From Candidatus Uhrbacteria bacterium RIFOXYC2_FULL_47_19 (GTDB lineage Bacteria > Patescibacteriota > Patescibacteriia > SG8-24), in the NCBI GenBank assembly GCA_001791745.1, contig MGFG01000010.1:3351-67350 (forward strand): a stretch of 64,000 nucleotides of DNA, in the 5' to 3' direction. Shown one piece after another: positions 1-10,152 of this stretch; position 1 is the first letter of the stretch; each line of letters opens with the position of its first letter. The notes under the pieces were generated by a model. That model searched no databases and was not told where the DNA came from. It worked only from the letters and a program-made list of their open reading frames with translations. The position numbers and the translations under genes were made by a program.

Positions 1-1478
1 TAGTGCTCGAACAGTCACCTGCTCCGAGGGCACAGCTCGTACCATCATAGGTGCCGGATGTAGTGATATCCACGTTGGCACCATAACCGTAGGTCTGACC
101 GATACCCATGACATCAGTCGTAGAATCGACATAAGTCAGGATTGTCTCAGTGGTACCGGTTCGGGCACCAGCCGAGATGTCGGCGTAGACGTCGAAAGTC
201 CGATTGGCACCCTTCTCCAATAGGTACGGCGTACCCAGAACGAAGGTCACCCGGTCGTTCGAGTCATAACCAGCGGCTGTAGCCATGGTAGTGCTGGCCT
301 GCTTCAACTTCAGATTGGTGATGTTGGCCGTGCTGACCGCGCCGCCCTGGAATAGGGTGATGCGCTCAAGGCTGACATCCTCACCGGTGCCGGCCGCGAC
401 CTGGAACTTACCGATCAGCTGCTCGAGACCGCCAGCCATCACGTTGGACAGTGGGACAGCGCCCTGCTTGGTGATCGTAAGGGTTCCGGACGAAGCGTTC
501 GACATGGTGAACTGCGGGCCGGAGACCGGCAGACCGCTCACCGAAGTCGTACCGTACTTCAGGTCAGTCAAAGACAGCATGTGAACGTTGCCGGAGTTCG
601 CTGTAGTAGCGAGATCGGCGGCGATCCACAGGGTCTTGGTGCCGTGGGCCGGGACGGAGATGCTCAAACCATTGAAGGCTGAGTCGCCAGTCGATGAGTT
701 CACCGTGCGTCCGGTCGTCAGACGGACGTTGCCGTCATAGAGGTAGACGTAGGAGAAGTCGGCCGTCTGACCGGCTCCGCTGCGGTGAACAGTCAAAGAA
801 TTGACCGTCATGGCATCGGCGCCGCCGTTGACCACATCAAACTTCAGCATATTGACGCCGGTTGCACCCTTCGGCAGGGTCGAACCAACTGGCATCGAAG
901 AACTGGCGCGAACGCTCAGGCTCGCGGACGAGCTGGCGCTGATGTTCTTATCGACATTGATCGAGGTAGCAGCGGCTGAGACGTCAGCGACGACAAAATC
1001 AGCGGCAGCGGCGATGTCGGAGCCGATCGTGTAGTTCACGAAAAAGGCATCCGGTACATCCTCGATCATGGTGTTCCAGGAAGCTCCGTAAAGCTCCGTG
1101 GCGAGCGCCTCGGTCTGGACCCAGCGAAGGGTACCGTTGGCGTCGACCGCGTAAACCTTAGGATCGGTCTGGATCTTAACCATCTTGACACCCGGCTTAT
1201 AGGTGGCATTGCCGCCGATCGGCATGGCCGCCAGTTCCGCGTCTGTCACAACTTGGACAGTCGAGAAATCCGAGTACCAGGTCTTGTAAGTCTTCTCGTT
1301 CGGGAAGACATAGCGTCTGCCGTTCGCGCCGACGTAGTAAACCGCCGGCAGAGAACCGCGCACCAAGTCGCCAGAAGCCGCTGCGTTGACCGTTAAAGGT
1401 GCAACTAGGGCAGCTAATCCGACAGACCAGGCGATCGTCGCAGCGACCACTGCAACGGTAAACGCCTTCCTGCTCATT
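1..1478 (-). CDS. secreted repeat-containing hypothetical protein (start in window; C-terminal part runs off the window edge)
   Basis: Manual translation of the minus strand from ATG at 1478 is open to position 1 without stops. The N-terminus MSRKAFTVAVVAATIAWSVGLAALVAPLTVNAAAS looks like a signal peptide. The rest is Thr/Ser/Gly-rich with repeated modules. It is absent from the ORF track only because it is incomplete. Confidence 0.5.
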
Positions 1479-1708
1479 CTTAAAACGTTGTGCATAACGT
1501 TTGGTCCTTTTTTTTATTCACCTTCGCACTTAATTTGCGCGAAAGGTTAGGTTACCGAGTGCGACTCGGGTTACCGAATCTCGACCTTTCAGCCCTGCGG
1601 TTAGTTAGCGTATATACAGGTCTCGCGACCGTTCGTCGGGACCGTCTCCGGCTGCCTGCCATTACAGGGAGGCTCACCGCGGGACGATTCCCCAACCGAC
1701 AGTCCGTC

Positions 1709-2863
1709 CTAACGGCTGCCAGACCCAACAGCGTCGTCCGACTTGGTGTCGGCCGACTCTGCCGGTTCTGCAGATGTTGCGTTCTCGTCGTTGTTGTCGC
1801 TACCCGAATTCACGGCGGAATCTTCGGATTCCTCTGCATCTTTCTGGTCTGCACTATCTTGGCTCTCGTCCACTTCCTCGTTTATAGCTTCCTCATCCTG
1901 AATCACGGCTTCTTCGGCCTCCTTGGTCAACTCAGCCACTTCGACGATCTTACCCAGAGCAGCCTTGTAGTCTTCCTTCTCTATAAGAAGCTTGGCTTCG
2001 GCAATAGCTGTCTTGGCTCTAATAGCCGGCGACTTCTCTTCGAAAACATCCTGATCAGCAATGACCGAGTCGAGGTTATGCTCGGCCTGCTTGATCCGAT
2101 CCTCAAACTTACTAACCACTATGGAACGCGAAGCACGCTCATCACCATCAATGTGACTGCGAACGATAATAGACATAGCAGCAATCGCCGTATCGTCGAT
2201 GCTGTTGCGAGTAGCACTAACTGCCACCCGTCTCTCGGACGGTAAGGTGTTAGCTGCTTTTTGCAGCAAACCTTGATAAGTGGTCATCTTGCGTTCGAGC
2301 ATCTTGGCCAACTCAACCGCACCGTCCGGATCATCCGCTTGCAACTTTTCTAATCCACTTCGCAAAGCAACCACATTGCGTTCGAAAGATACTAAGACAT
2401 CAGGCAATAACTCTTGATGCTTATCCGAGGACTCAGCCAATCGAGCAATCTCGTCGATGCGACGATCAGCGAACTCGACATCTAAACCAAACTTGTACTC
2501 ATCATTCGGTGACAATGCCAACTGCACATGCTCGACCGCCATCTTCACTCCATAAAGCATCTCACCAGGCATGGCGCCGTGATACATCTGGGCCGAGGCT
2601 AGTCCGCCGCCTAGTACTGTACCGATCACCAAAAGAAAGATGCCGAAAGTTCTGACCGCCATGGTCGCAGTTTCGAGCGGCATGAAGATACCAAAAAGGT
2701 GGTGCAGTTGCTCGAGTGTCTTAGGTCTTCGTTCCGCATCCGTCGTGTTCGAGACCTGCATCAGCAGAATCTCTCGGTTGCGGGTAACCCAATCCTCGCG
2801 CGGGGCACCACCTCGCCGTTCATCTCTTATTGTCTGCAGCAACTTTTTGGTCGTGTTCTGTGT
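1709..2863 (-). CDS. putative membrane-anchored anti-sigma factor-like protein (hypothetical) with acidic C-terminal tail
   Basis: It lies immediately downstream of the ECF sigma gene and overlaps its stop. An alternative start at 2761 would not overlap. It has one TM helix (VRTFGIFLLVIGTVLGGGLA) after a ~70 aa cytoplasmic part, and a coiled-coil/acidic D/E/S-rich C-terminus. The assignment rests on context only. Confidence 0.4.
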   Translation of the reverse strand, partial: TQNTTKKLLQTIRDERRGGAPREDWVTRNREILLMQVSNTTDAERRPKTLEQLHHLFGIFMPLETATMAVRTFGIFLLVIGTVLGGGLASAQMYHGAMPGEMLYGVKMAVEHVQLALSPNDEYKFGLDVEFADRRIDEIARLAESSDKHQELLPDVLVSFERNVVALRSGLEKLQADDPDGAVELAKMLERKMTTYQGLLQKAANTLPSERRVAVSATRNSIDDTAIAAMSIIVRSHIDGDERASRSIVVSKFEDRIKQAEHNLDSVIADQDVFEEKSPAIRAKTAIAEAKLLIEKEDYKAALGKIVEVAELTKEAEEAVIQDEEAINEEVDESQDSADQKDAEESEDSAVNSGSDNNDENATSAEPAESADTKSDDAVGSGSR

Positions 2864-3428
2864 CATTGCTATCAAACGATTCGCCCAGGGCTTTAACGGC
2901 CCGATGCGCCATAACGCGCACATGCGATGCCGACTTGCCGAGGGCGGATGCGATCTCGCGATTAGACATGCCGTCGAGATACTTCATCACCACCACCTCT
3001 CGGTAGTCGTCCTTCAGGCCACGCAGCCGCTCGGCCACGCGAACCATATCCAGTTTGGAATCAACTGCTCTAGCAAGTTGCTCGCTGACCATATCGGCCG
3101 GCTCATCAGTTGCTATAGCCTCGTCGAGCGACACATCACAGCGCTCGCAAGCCGTCGAACGATACCAATCGATAACCACTGAGCGGGCCACACTATATAG
3201 AAGGGCCTGCAGATGTGGTACGTCCCTCTTCTCCATCAAGTAGCGCCAAGCCTTGAGGAACGTCTCGGATGTGAGGTCCTCGGCTACCTCTGCAGAAGGC
3301 ACTTTGAAGTAAATGAAGCGGTAGACCCGACTGACATAAAAGTCATAGATCTCACCAAACGCTTCGGAGTCCTTCTTGGCCCTTATGCGGAAGAGCAGGA
3401 ACTTCTCTTTTAATATTCGACCATTCAT
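2820..3428 (-). CDS. ECF-type RNA polymerase sigma-70 family factor (sigma-24 like)
   Basis: Sigma-70 region 2 (DLTSETFLKAWRYL...) and region 4 HTH (KYLDGMSNREIASALGKSASHVRVMAHRAVKAL) are recognisable. Start chosen at MNGRILKEK; the ORF-track M at 3467 is upstream. Confidence 0.75.
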   Translation of the reverse strand: MNGRILKEKFLLFRIRAKKDSEAFGEIYDFYVSRVYRFIYFKVPSAEVAEDLTSETFLKAWRYLMEKRDVPHLQALLYSVARSVVIDWYRSTACERCDVSLDEAIATDEPADMVSEQLARAVDSKLDMVRVAERLRGLKDDYREVVVMKYLDGMSNREIASALGKSASHVRVMAHRAVKALGESFDSNDTEHDQKVAADNKR

Positions 3429-3629
3429 TGCATCAGACGGAAAAAATAGAAGTGCGTTACCGCACACAATAATTTCTTACAGTATATTCCTCTAGCAATG
3501 GGCTGTAAACGCCATATCTATATACTAAAATAAGCATAAAAAGTCAAGACTTGAGGCTCTTGAACCACAGAAAAACGCTAGGGGAAAAGATCTTTCTGTA
3601 ACGGTCCGGACTTGCCAAAATAACCCTAT

Positions 3630-3651
3630 TTGTCTACGATAGTGTAGACAA
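3630..3651. promoter_or_regulatory. perfect 8-bp-arm inverted repeat TTGTCTAC-N6-GTAGACAA upstream of ECF sigma gene (possible operator)
   Basis: Palindrome read directly from sequence, ~200 bp upstream of the sigma start on the minus strand. Confidence 0.3.
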
Positions 3652-3664
3652 AAAGAATTAACAG

Positions 3665-4072
3665 CTTCTGGGTCCCGGGTCTCGGCCCGGGACGACAGGG
3701 GGCTTTCTGGGTCCCGGGTCTTCGCCCTGGACGACAGGGGGCTCTGGGTCCCGGGTCTCGGCCCGGGACGACATGAAGTGGAGGGGGTCCGGAACGACAA
3801 TACTCTACTTGTCATCCCGGAAGGCCGAGCGGAGCGAGGTCTATCCGGGATCCAGGGTCCAGCTGATCCTTTTTTGCTTCTGGGTCCCGGATCTCGGCCC
3901 GGGACGACAGGGGGCTTTCTGGGTCACGGGTCTTCGCCCTGGACGACAGGGGGCTTTCTGGGTCACGGGTCTTCGCCCTGGACGACATGGTAGAGGGGTC
4001 CGGAACGACAATACTCTACTTGTCATCCCGGAAGGCCGAGCGGAGCGAGGTCTATCCGGGATCCAGCGATCG
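3665..4072. repeat. cluster of MITE-like palindromic repeat units (family with TGTC(A/G)TCCCGG termini, GTCCCGGGTCTCGGCCCGGGAC hairpin core)
   Basis: Two near-identical ~190-bp direct copies (approx 3668-3855 and 3865-4072). Each contains GGGTCCCGGGTCTCGGCCCGGGACGACA and TTGTCATCCCGGAAGGCCGAGCGGAGCGAGGTCTATCCGGGATCCAG. Confidence 0.8.
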
Positions 4073-4156
4073 GTCGGCCCACATATACCGAATATCACCG
4101 AACGACATAGACAGAAAGTAAAATTTTGAACACTCTCTATTTAAGAAGCTAAAGCC

Positions 4157-4447
4157 ATGAACGTCATCCGTGTTTCCGTCTCCGAGGCTGCCCGACTTTT
4201 TGGCGTCTCCACCAAGACCGTTCGCCGAGCTATTGCCGACGGTGAAATAACCTACGTGGTGGTTCGAGGACGTTACAAGATCAGTTTTGAGAGCTTGGTC
4301 AAATGGTCCCAACACCGACCATCAGTTAAGACCAAACTCGAAGAGGAGGGTATTGGCCAATTCGTCGGTCAATGGAAAATCAAGAATCGTCTTTACAGTC
4401 CCAATCCCCAAACTCTGGAACGGGAGACTCAAAAGATCCAGTCATGA
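4157..4447 (+). CDS. small helix-turn-helix DNA-binding protein (excisionase/MerR-like HTH_17 type)
   Basis: The motif SEAARLFGVSTKTVRRAIADGEI is typical of Xis/HTH_17 domains. The 96-aa ORF overlaps the next gene by ATGA. Confidence 0.5.
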   Translation: MNVIRVSVSEAARLFGVSTKTVRRAIADGEITYVVVRGRYKISFESLVKWSQHRPSVKTKLEEEGIGQFVGQWKIKNRLYSPNPQTLERETQKIQS

Positions 4448-6480
4448 ACTGCTGCCACAAGATACAACTAATGACGTTCGTCATCCTGCTGCTTGCCGTG
4501 ATGCCAAGTTTAGCTTCGGCCGAACTCAAGATAGCGCCGGACAAATTTGTTCGGTCAGCCAACTATTACCTAGAAGCAGGTATTGGCATTCCCCCCTCCG
4601 ATCATGAACGCTTGGCCAAATACGACCTGTTGATCCTGCCAGCTGAAGCCCAGATCTATAATCGAAGTCTGTTTACCGATCTACGACGTCTGAATCCGAA
4701 CATTACCATCCTAGCCTACGTTCCAACCAAGTCATACAACTTTCAATACTGGTTCGATAGTTTGCATGACAAGCTAGCTAATCGCATTCAAGATTCATGG
4801 TGGTTACTGAGCTCGTCAGGTGGACCCACTTCGGTCTGGCCCGGAACGCGAATGCTCAACATGGTTTCACCTTGGAGTAAAGAGTTACCTAAATATGTTA
4901 AAGAAGATATCTGGTCAACCGGACTCTGGGATGGAATCTTTTACGACGAATTTTCAGTCACTGCCTCTTGGGTGAACGGCGGCGACATCGACATTCACCG
5001 CAACGGAGTGCGTGATGATCCACGACTGGTCGATGTAGCTTGGGAACGAGCTACGATCAATATGTTACGTGACACCAGAGAACTACTTGGTCCGTCGGCC
5101 GTCATTATTACGAATGGAGATTCAGCCGCTTCGGTCCAACCGTATCTCAACGGACGGATGTATGAATCGTTTCCCACACCTTGGGAAGGTAGCGGTAAAT
5201 GGCAGGATTCATTTTCGAGTTATCTCCGGCTGCACAATGAAGTTGGTTACCGACCGGTTTTTGTCATCAACGCCAGTACGACCAGAAATCAAGGAGCGGC
5301 CAACTGTCGACAAGCTAGGTTCGCTCTGGCTTCAACTTTGATGGGAGATGGATTCTTTAGCTACGACCACGGCGAAGAAGAGCATAGCCAAATTTGGTGG
5401 TGCGATGAACAAGATGCCAATCTAGGCAATCCAATAGGACCGTCAATTAATCAGTCGACCGGTAACTCTGTAACAATGTCGGGGGTCTGGCGTCGCGATT
5501 TTGAAAACGGTGTCGCTCTTCTTAACTCGACAGACCGATCACAGACTATTTCGTTTGAGGCTGAAATGGAACGACTACGCGGCACACAGGATCCAACCGT
5601 CAACAACGGTCAAATTGCTAAGTCGGTCACTTTAGCGCCGCAGGACGGTATAATTCTACTAAGGCCAATTGGCTCCATCTCTGGTTCGGTTTTTATTAAC
5701 GGTGCTTTCGCTCGACTTTACGACCAGAACGGTCGCCAACTACGTAACGGATTCTTCGTTTATATACCGCCGTTCTCTGGTTCCGACCAAGTGCTTTTGG
5801 ACGACATTGATGGCGATGGCCACAAAGAACGGCTAGTGGCCAATCAAAAAGAGATCAGGATTTACGGATCCGATGGAAAACTACGCCTAACCTTCGAGCC
5901 GTACGGATCAAAATACTCACAGGGAGTCAGTCTGGCGGTTGGTGATGTGAATGGTGATGGACAAATTGAAATTGTAACCGGTACAGGACAAGGGGCCGAA
6001 CCGCTAGTTAAAATCTTTGACTTAAAAGGACAGCAGATTGGACCTGGCTTCATGGCCTATGGTCAACGCTTTCATGGTGGCGTTCATGTAGCGACCGGCG
6101 ACGTCTATGGTATCGGACGAGATATGATCATAACTGGTGCCGGACCGAGTGGTGGACCTCACGTTCGTGTATTTGATCGATATGGTCAGGTCTGGGCTCA
6201 ATTCTTTGCCTACGATCAACACTTCAGCGGTGGTGTCGAGGTGGCAGCTGGAGATTTAAACGGTGATGGACTAGACGAAATAGTGACCGGTGCTGGACCA
6301 GGAGGTGGTCCACATATCAGAATTTTCAACGTCTGGACCAAACCAATTGGTGGATTCTTTGTCGGCGACCCCAAAACATTCGCTGGGGTACATGTCGCTG
6401 TCTCAGATACAAACAACGACGGATACGACGAGATAATCGCCCTGTCGACCGATATATTCAAACTCTCGGCCGGCCGCTAG
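4445..6480 (+). CDS. secreted protein with C-terminal FG-GAP/VCBS-like beta-propeller repeats and N-terminal TIM-barrel glycoside-hydrolase-like region
   Basis: Signal peptide MTFVILLLAVMPSLASA. Repeated GDVNGDGQIEIVTGTG / GDVYGIGRDMIITGAGPSGGPHVRVFD / GDLNGDGLDEIVTGAGPGGGPHIRIFN motifs indicate FG-GAP repeats. The N-terminal domain call is low confidence. Confidence 0.55.
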
Positions 6481-6493
6481 CGACCATTTATAT

Positions 6494-8467
6494 ATGAAAG
6501 ATCTAGATCCAAAAAATGAGAATGATCACCAGGACCATCTCGAAGTCGAGCCGGTTCCAATCAAAGAGCTCGAAAAGGTGAGAAGTCAGGAGATTGAATC
6601 AGCGAATCAATCTGTTAGTAGTGGTCGTAATATTTTTATTGGTACGCTCAATGTTTTTATTGGTCCAATGCGTGCTTTTATTGATCCGGTCAAAAAGGTC
6701 TGCTACCCGACACTCTCTGCACACTGGGACCAAAAATATAAACAACCGTTTGCTCATCATGCCTGGAAAATTCTACTTTTCGACTTGGTATTGTTATTTT
6801 TGGCCAGCTCTTTGGCTGTATCATTAGTTTTAATCTACAAGTTTCTACCGCCGGTCAGTCCACCCGACTTAGTATCGGTCACCCTAGCTTGGCCCGACCA
6901 AATCACGAGCGGAACAGAAACTGATCTAGTACTGAGTTACACCAACCGAACGGATCAAACACTAAAGGATGGTCGTCTAATAATCGAACTGCCGAGTAAC
7001 TTTATTCCCCTCCAATTCAATCAACCAGAAGAAACTACAACCGAACCAGACCAGCCTGTCAGTTTTAAGTTGGGTAACTTAGCACCGGATTCGACTGGCC
7101 GAGTAACTATTTCTGGTCAGCCTTTTGGTTCGCCTAATGATGAACTACCGATTTTAATTCGACTATCATACTGGGAAGACGGTTTAGCTGAAATCACGGA
7201 GCAGTCTGCTTTCTACCAACTACATATCGACAACACTCCACTCGAGCTGGCCCTTAATTTCGAGCAGCCATTTCTCTACGATACCGTCAGCACTATACGT
7301 CTGACCTACGCTAATCGCGGCGAACAACTGTTGCACAGTACAATAATCAAACTAATACTGCCGCCGGAATTCACCTTGTCCGGTTCGACACCCCTACTCT
7401 CGGAAGGACAAATCTGGAAAATGAGTGACCTTGCTCCGGGTAAGTCAGGAGTACTAACTCTTCATGGGCGACTGGACCATGGAGGAACGCCTAGTTTTGG
7501 TGCCATCGGTTCGGTACTCGAACCAATTAGTGGACTAGAACTAGAGATGAATCAAATACACAGCAACCCGGATGCAGTCGCCACCGGTTTTGAGCTCAGT
7601 CATGATCTACATGGCATGTCATCAATAAGACCGGGAGAAACTGTTAATATCACGGTCAACTATGCCAATCATGGTAACCAGTCGATACATGACATTATTT
7701 TGAAACTCGAAACTGACGAACGTTTTCTGGAGTTAGGTGAAGTGCCCATTCAAACCTGGACATCAAAAGATATTCCGGAGTTAGACGAATTGAAGCCAGG
7801 ACAAAGTGGATCGCTAGAGACTACTTTCAAAGTAAAAAAGAGAATCGGTTACGACAGCTTACAAGGAGATACGTCAGCTGCACTGAGACTAACAGCTACT
7901 GCCGAATACCATCTCGAAAACAATCAATCTAAAATTTTCCGTACCGACAGCGGTACTTCAGACTTACCAATATCGACAACAATGAACATTGATGCGTCAA
8001 CCCTTTACTATACAGAGTCTGGCGATCAGTTGGGGCTTGGACCACTACCACCAACTGTCGACCAAACAACTAGTCTCTGGGTCATGATTGCACTCGATAA
8101 CGGAATTAACTCGGCCCGCGATGTACAACTCACCGCCCTGCTCCCTGTTGGTAGTATTTGGACCGGACGTACTAATGTCGCAATTGGCGAACCCCTCATT
8201 CACATCTCTGATGAACGAAAAGTCGTTTGGCGAATTAATGACCTGCCTGCACTCGCTGGCTGGTTCGGTCCAAGACCCACTGCCGGCTTTGAAATCGAAT
8301 TCACCCCAACTAAGAATGACGTTGGTACGGCACCCAACCTAGTCGAGTACCTAACTCTAACGGGTATCGACGCTGTAACCGGAGTCAGAATAATGTCTGA
8401 AGCCGAACCAGTAACAACCGAAGTGCGTTTCGGTAACGAAGAAGAACGACAAGGATTGGTCAGATAA
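6494..8467 (+). CDS. membrane-anchored repeat protein (DUF11-like conserved repeat domains)
   Basis: One TM helix (ILLFDLVLLFLASSLAVSLVLIYKFL) after a ~90 aa N-terminus. It is followed by about five repeated ~110-aa modules with recurring patterns (LSYTNRTDQ..., LTYANRGEQ..., VNYANHGNQ...). Confidence 0.5.
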   Translation: MKDLDPKNENDHQDHLEVEPVPIKELEKVRSQEIESANQSVSSGRNIFIGTLNVFIGPMRAFIDPVKKVCYPTLSAHWDQKYKQPFAHHAWKILLFDLVLLFLASSLAVSLVLIYKFLPPVSPPDLVSVTLAWPDQITSGTETDLVLSYTNRTDQTLKDGRLIIELPSNFIPLQFNQPEETTTEPDQPVSFKLGNLAPDSTGRVTISGQPFGSPNDELPILIRLSYWEDGLAEITEQSAFYQLHIDNTPLELALNFEQPFLYDTVSTIRLTYANRGEQLLHSTIIKLILPPEFTLSGSTPLLSEGQIWKMSDLAPGKSGVLTLHGRLDHGGTPSFGAIGSVLEPISGLELEMNQIHSNPDAVATGFELSHDLHGMSSIRPGETVNITVNYANHGNQSIHDIILKLETDERFLELGEVPIQTWTSKDIPELDELKPGQSGSLETTFKVKKRIGYDSLQGDTSAALRLTATAEYHLENNQSKIFRTDSGTSDLPISTTMNIDASTLYYTESGDQLGLGPLPPTVDQTTSLWVMIALDNGINSARDVQLTALLPVGSIWTGRTNVAIGEPLIHISDERKVVWRINDLPALAGWFGPRPTAGFEIEFTPTKNDVGTAPNLVEYLTLTGIDAVTGVRIMSEAEPVTTEVRFGNEEERQGLVR

Positions 8468-8514
8468 CACAACTAACGGATACAGATACCAAAAAGCTCC
8501 CCCACGGGAGCTTT

Positions 8515-9699
8515 TCAATTCTTGAAACTGTTGATTGGAATCTGGGCAACTAGTTCTTCAACCGGCTCGGCTTGTGGTCGTAAGCCGTGATAGACACTGT
8601 CTACCAACCTAGCTACATCATCCCAGTGGTAATTCTCAACCACAAATTCCTTAGCTCCGGCACCTTTGCGTACTACCAGCTGAGGATTAGTGATCAAGAA
8701 AGTTAATTTGTCCTCGAGATCACAAACATCGGTGTTACGAAAATTAATACCGTGTGTTCGAGTGACTTCCACATTTTCCGGAATGTCTGAAGCTAGTACA
8801 GTCTTGCCATAAGACATGGCTTCCAAAATTACGATCGGCAATCCTTCAGATTCGGACGGCAAAATAAAGGCGTACGAATTCCTGAACAGACGATCATGAG
8901 GCGCACCTTGCAACGAACCGGTAAAAATAATATCTGAATCATCGGAGGCCATCTTCTTAATTTCAGCAACGTAATCATTAGTGAACGCTGAATCACCAAC
9001 AAAAACGAGCTTCAGATCACCAACCAATCTGCGCTTCTTCAAATTTTTGTAAGCCTCAATCAGATAGTGAGCACCCTTATGACGAACCAAACGTGACACC
9101 ATGAGCAAATAGCCATTCGGCTTCAAGCCATACCTTTCCAGAGTTCCATCGTCCTCGACGACAGCTTCGGGTTCGGTGATACCGTTCGGTATATACTCAG
9201 TTCGATTGGGATACAAATTGTCACAATAGGACTGCAGTGTTTTAGACACGACAATGGTCTTGTGCGGAAACGTGCAAGCAAACCGTTCGCCGAGCTTGAG
9301 CATGAGACGCGCAAACAAACCCCACTTCTGGTGCTTACGATCAATACAATGAAAAGTCGAAACCACTTTAATGCGAGGTGCCAACAATCGAGGTAACCAA
9401 GACATTAGTGATGGTCCGACACCATGATAATGAATAATGTCGGTTCCGGTAAAAATGGCGTGCAAAGTTGCGATGAAAGTATGAACAATAGCATCCAAAT
9501 TTTTAGTCTTGATGGTCGGCACAACAATCGATCGAACACCAACTGAAAAATTAGGATTGGATCGACCGTACCAAGCACGGGTATAGACCGTCACCTGATG
9601 TCCTGTCGAACCTAATCGCACAGCCAAAGACTCGACGTGTCGCTCAACACCGCCGAATTTAATCGGAATTCCCTTTTGGCCAATCATGGCGATACGCAT
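8515..9699 (-). CDS. glycosyltransferase family 4 (GT-B fold)
   Basis: N-terminus MRIAMIGQKGIPIKFGGVERHV. The C-terminal EGLPIVILEAMSYGKTVLASD matches the GT4 E-x7-E-like motif region. Start chosen at MRIAMIG (9699); the ORF-track M at 9786 is upstream. Confidence 0.7.
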   Translation of the reverse strand: MRIAMIGQKGIPIKFGGVERHVESLAVRLGSTGHQVTVYTRAWYGRSNPNFSVGVRSIVVPTIKTKNLDAIVHTFIATLHAIFTGTDIIHYHGVGPSLMSWLPRLLAPRIKVVSTFHCIDRKHQKWGLFARLMLKLGERFACTFPHKTIVVSKTLQSYCDNLYPNRTEYIPNGITEPEAVVEDDGTLERYGLKPNGYLLMVSRLVRHKGAHYLIEAYKNLKKRRLVGDLKLVFVGDSAFTNDYVAEIKKMASDDSDIIFTGSLQGAPHDRLFRNSYAFILPSESEGLPIVILEAMSYGKTVLASDIPENVEVTRTHGINFRNTDVCDLEDKLTFLITNPQLVVRKGAGAKEFVVENYHWDDVARLVDSVYHGLRPQAEPVEELVAQIPINSFKN

Positions 9700-9958
9700 A
9701 ATACTGATCGATCTTTTTGATGCTTCTAAATAACCGCATACTTTAGCATAAAAAGTCGTTTTTGTCAAGTCTTTACTCCAGCCCAAAGAGGTCTAAGTCG
9801 AAGTAAAATAATCACAATTTAACTCAAAAAATAGCCAAAATAAGCCAAAAAACTTTATACACAATCAATCCTTGGCCGTCAGCTAAATTTCAGTTATATT
9901 GTCTTTTGAATGTATACGCCCAATCCACAACCAATCGACCTAACAAATAGGACGCGAG

Positions 9959-9987
9959 TAGAGCGAGCCAGGGGGGCTCTTTTTTTC
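9959..9987 (+). terminator. intrinsic terminator-like hairpin in asnA-like leader (GAGCC-AGGGG-GGCTC + T7)
   Basis: GC stem followed by TTTTTTT, read from sequence. No upstream plus-strand CDS. Confidence 0.4.
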
Positions 9988-10083
9988 TACATACCTATTT
10001 TACCGAAATGGACGACCATTCGACCGGCGGCGATCAGTTGCTTGTTGGCCGATGGCATCGGCATCATTCCCTATCGTCGTTTC

Positions 10084-10111
10084 GACGGACTGACAACAGT
10101 CCGTCTTTTTT
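10084..10111 (+). terminator. strong intrinsic terminator/attenuator hairpin GACGGACTG-ACAA-CAGTCCGTC + T6, 40 nt upstream of asnA-like start
   Basis: Perfect 9-bp stem plus T-run, read from sequence. Confidence 0.6.
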
Positions 10112-10152
10112 ATCCTGCCAATTAACCCCAATTGGGGAATAACCAAAAACGT

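Noticed and set aside
1478-1510. AAACGTT-ATGCAC-AACGTTT inverted repeat abutting the start codon of the secreted protein, as an ECF (AAC...CGT) promoter or operator
   Set aside because: It overlaps the RBS and start region, which is too close to serve as a promoter. The motif is short and could be chance, so it is not reported as a feature.
1490-2245. 251-aa plus-strand ORF
   Set aside because: It is antisense to the longer, better-supported minus-strand gene 1709..2863. It is Cys/Leu-rich low complexity with no upstream signals.
9990-10112. T-box riboswitch upstream of the asnA-like gene
   Set aside because: Two terminator hairpins are present, but the conserved T-box sequence (AGGGTGGNACCGCG) and an obvious specifier-loop context could not be found by eye. 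Kept only as a generic attenuator-like leader.
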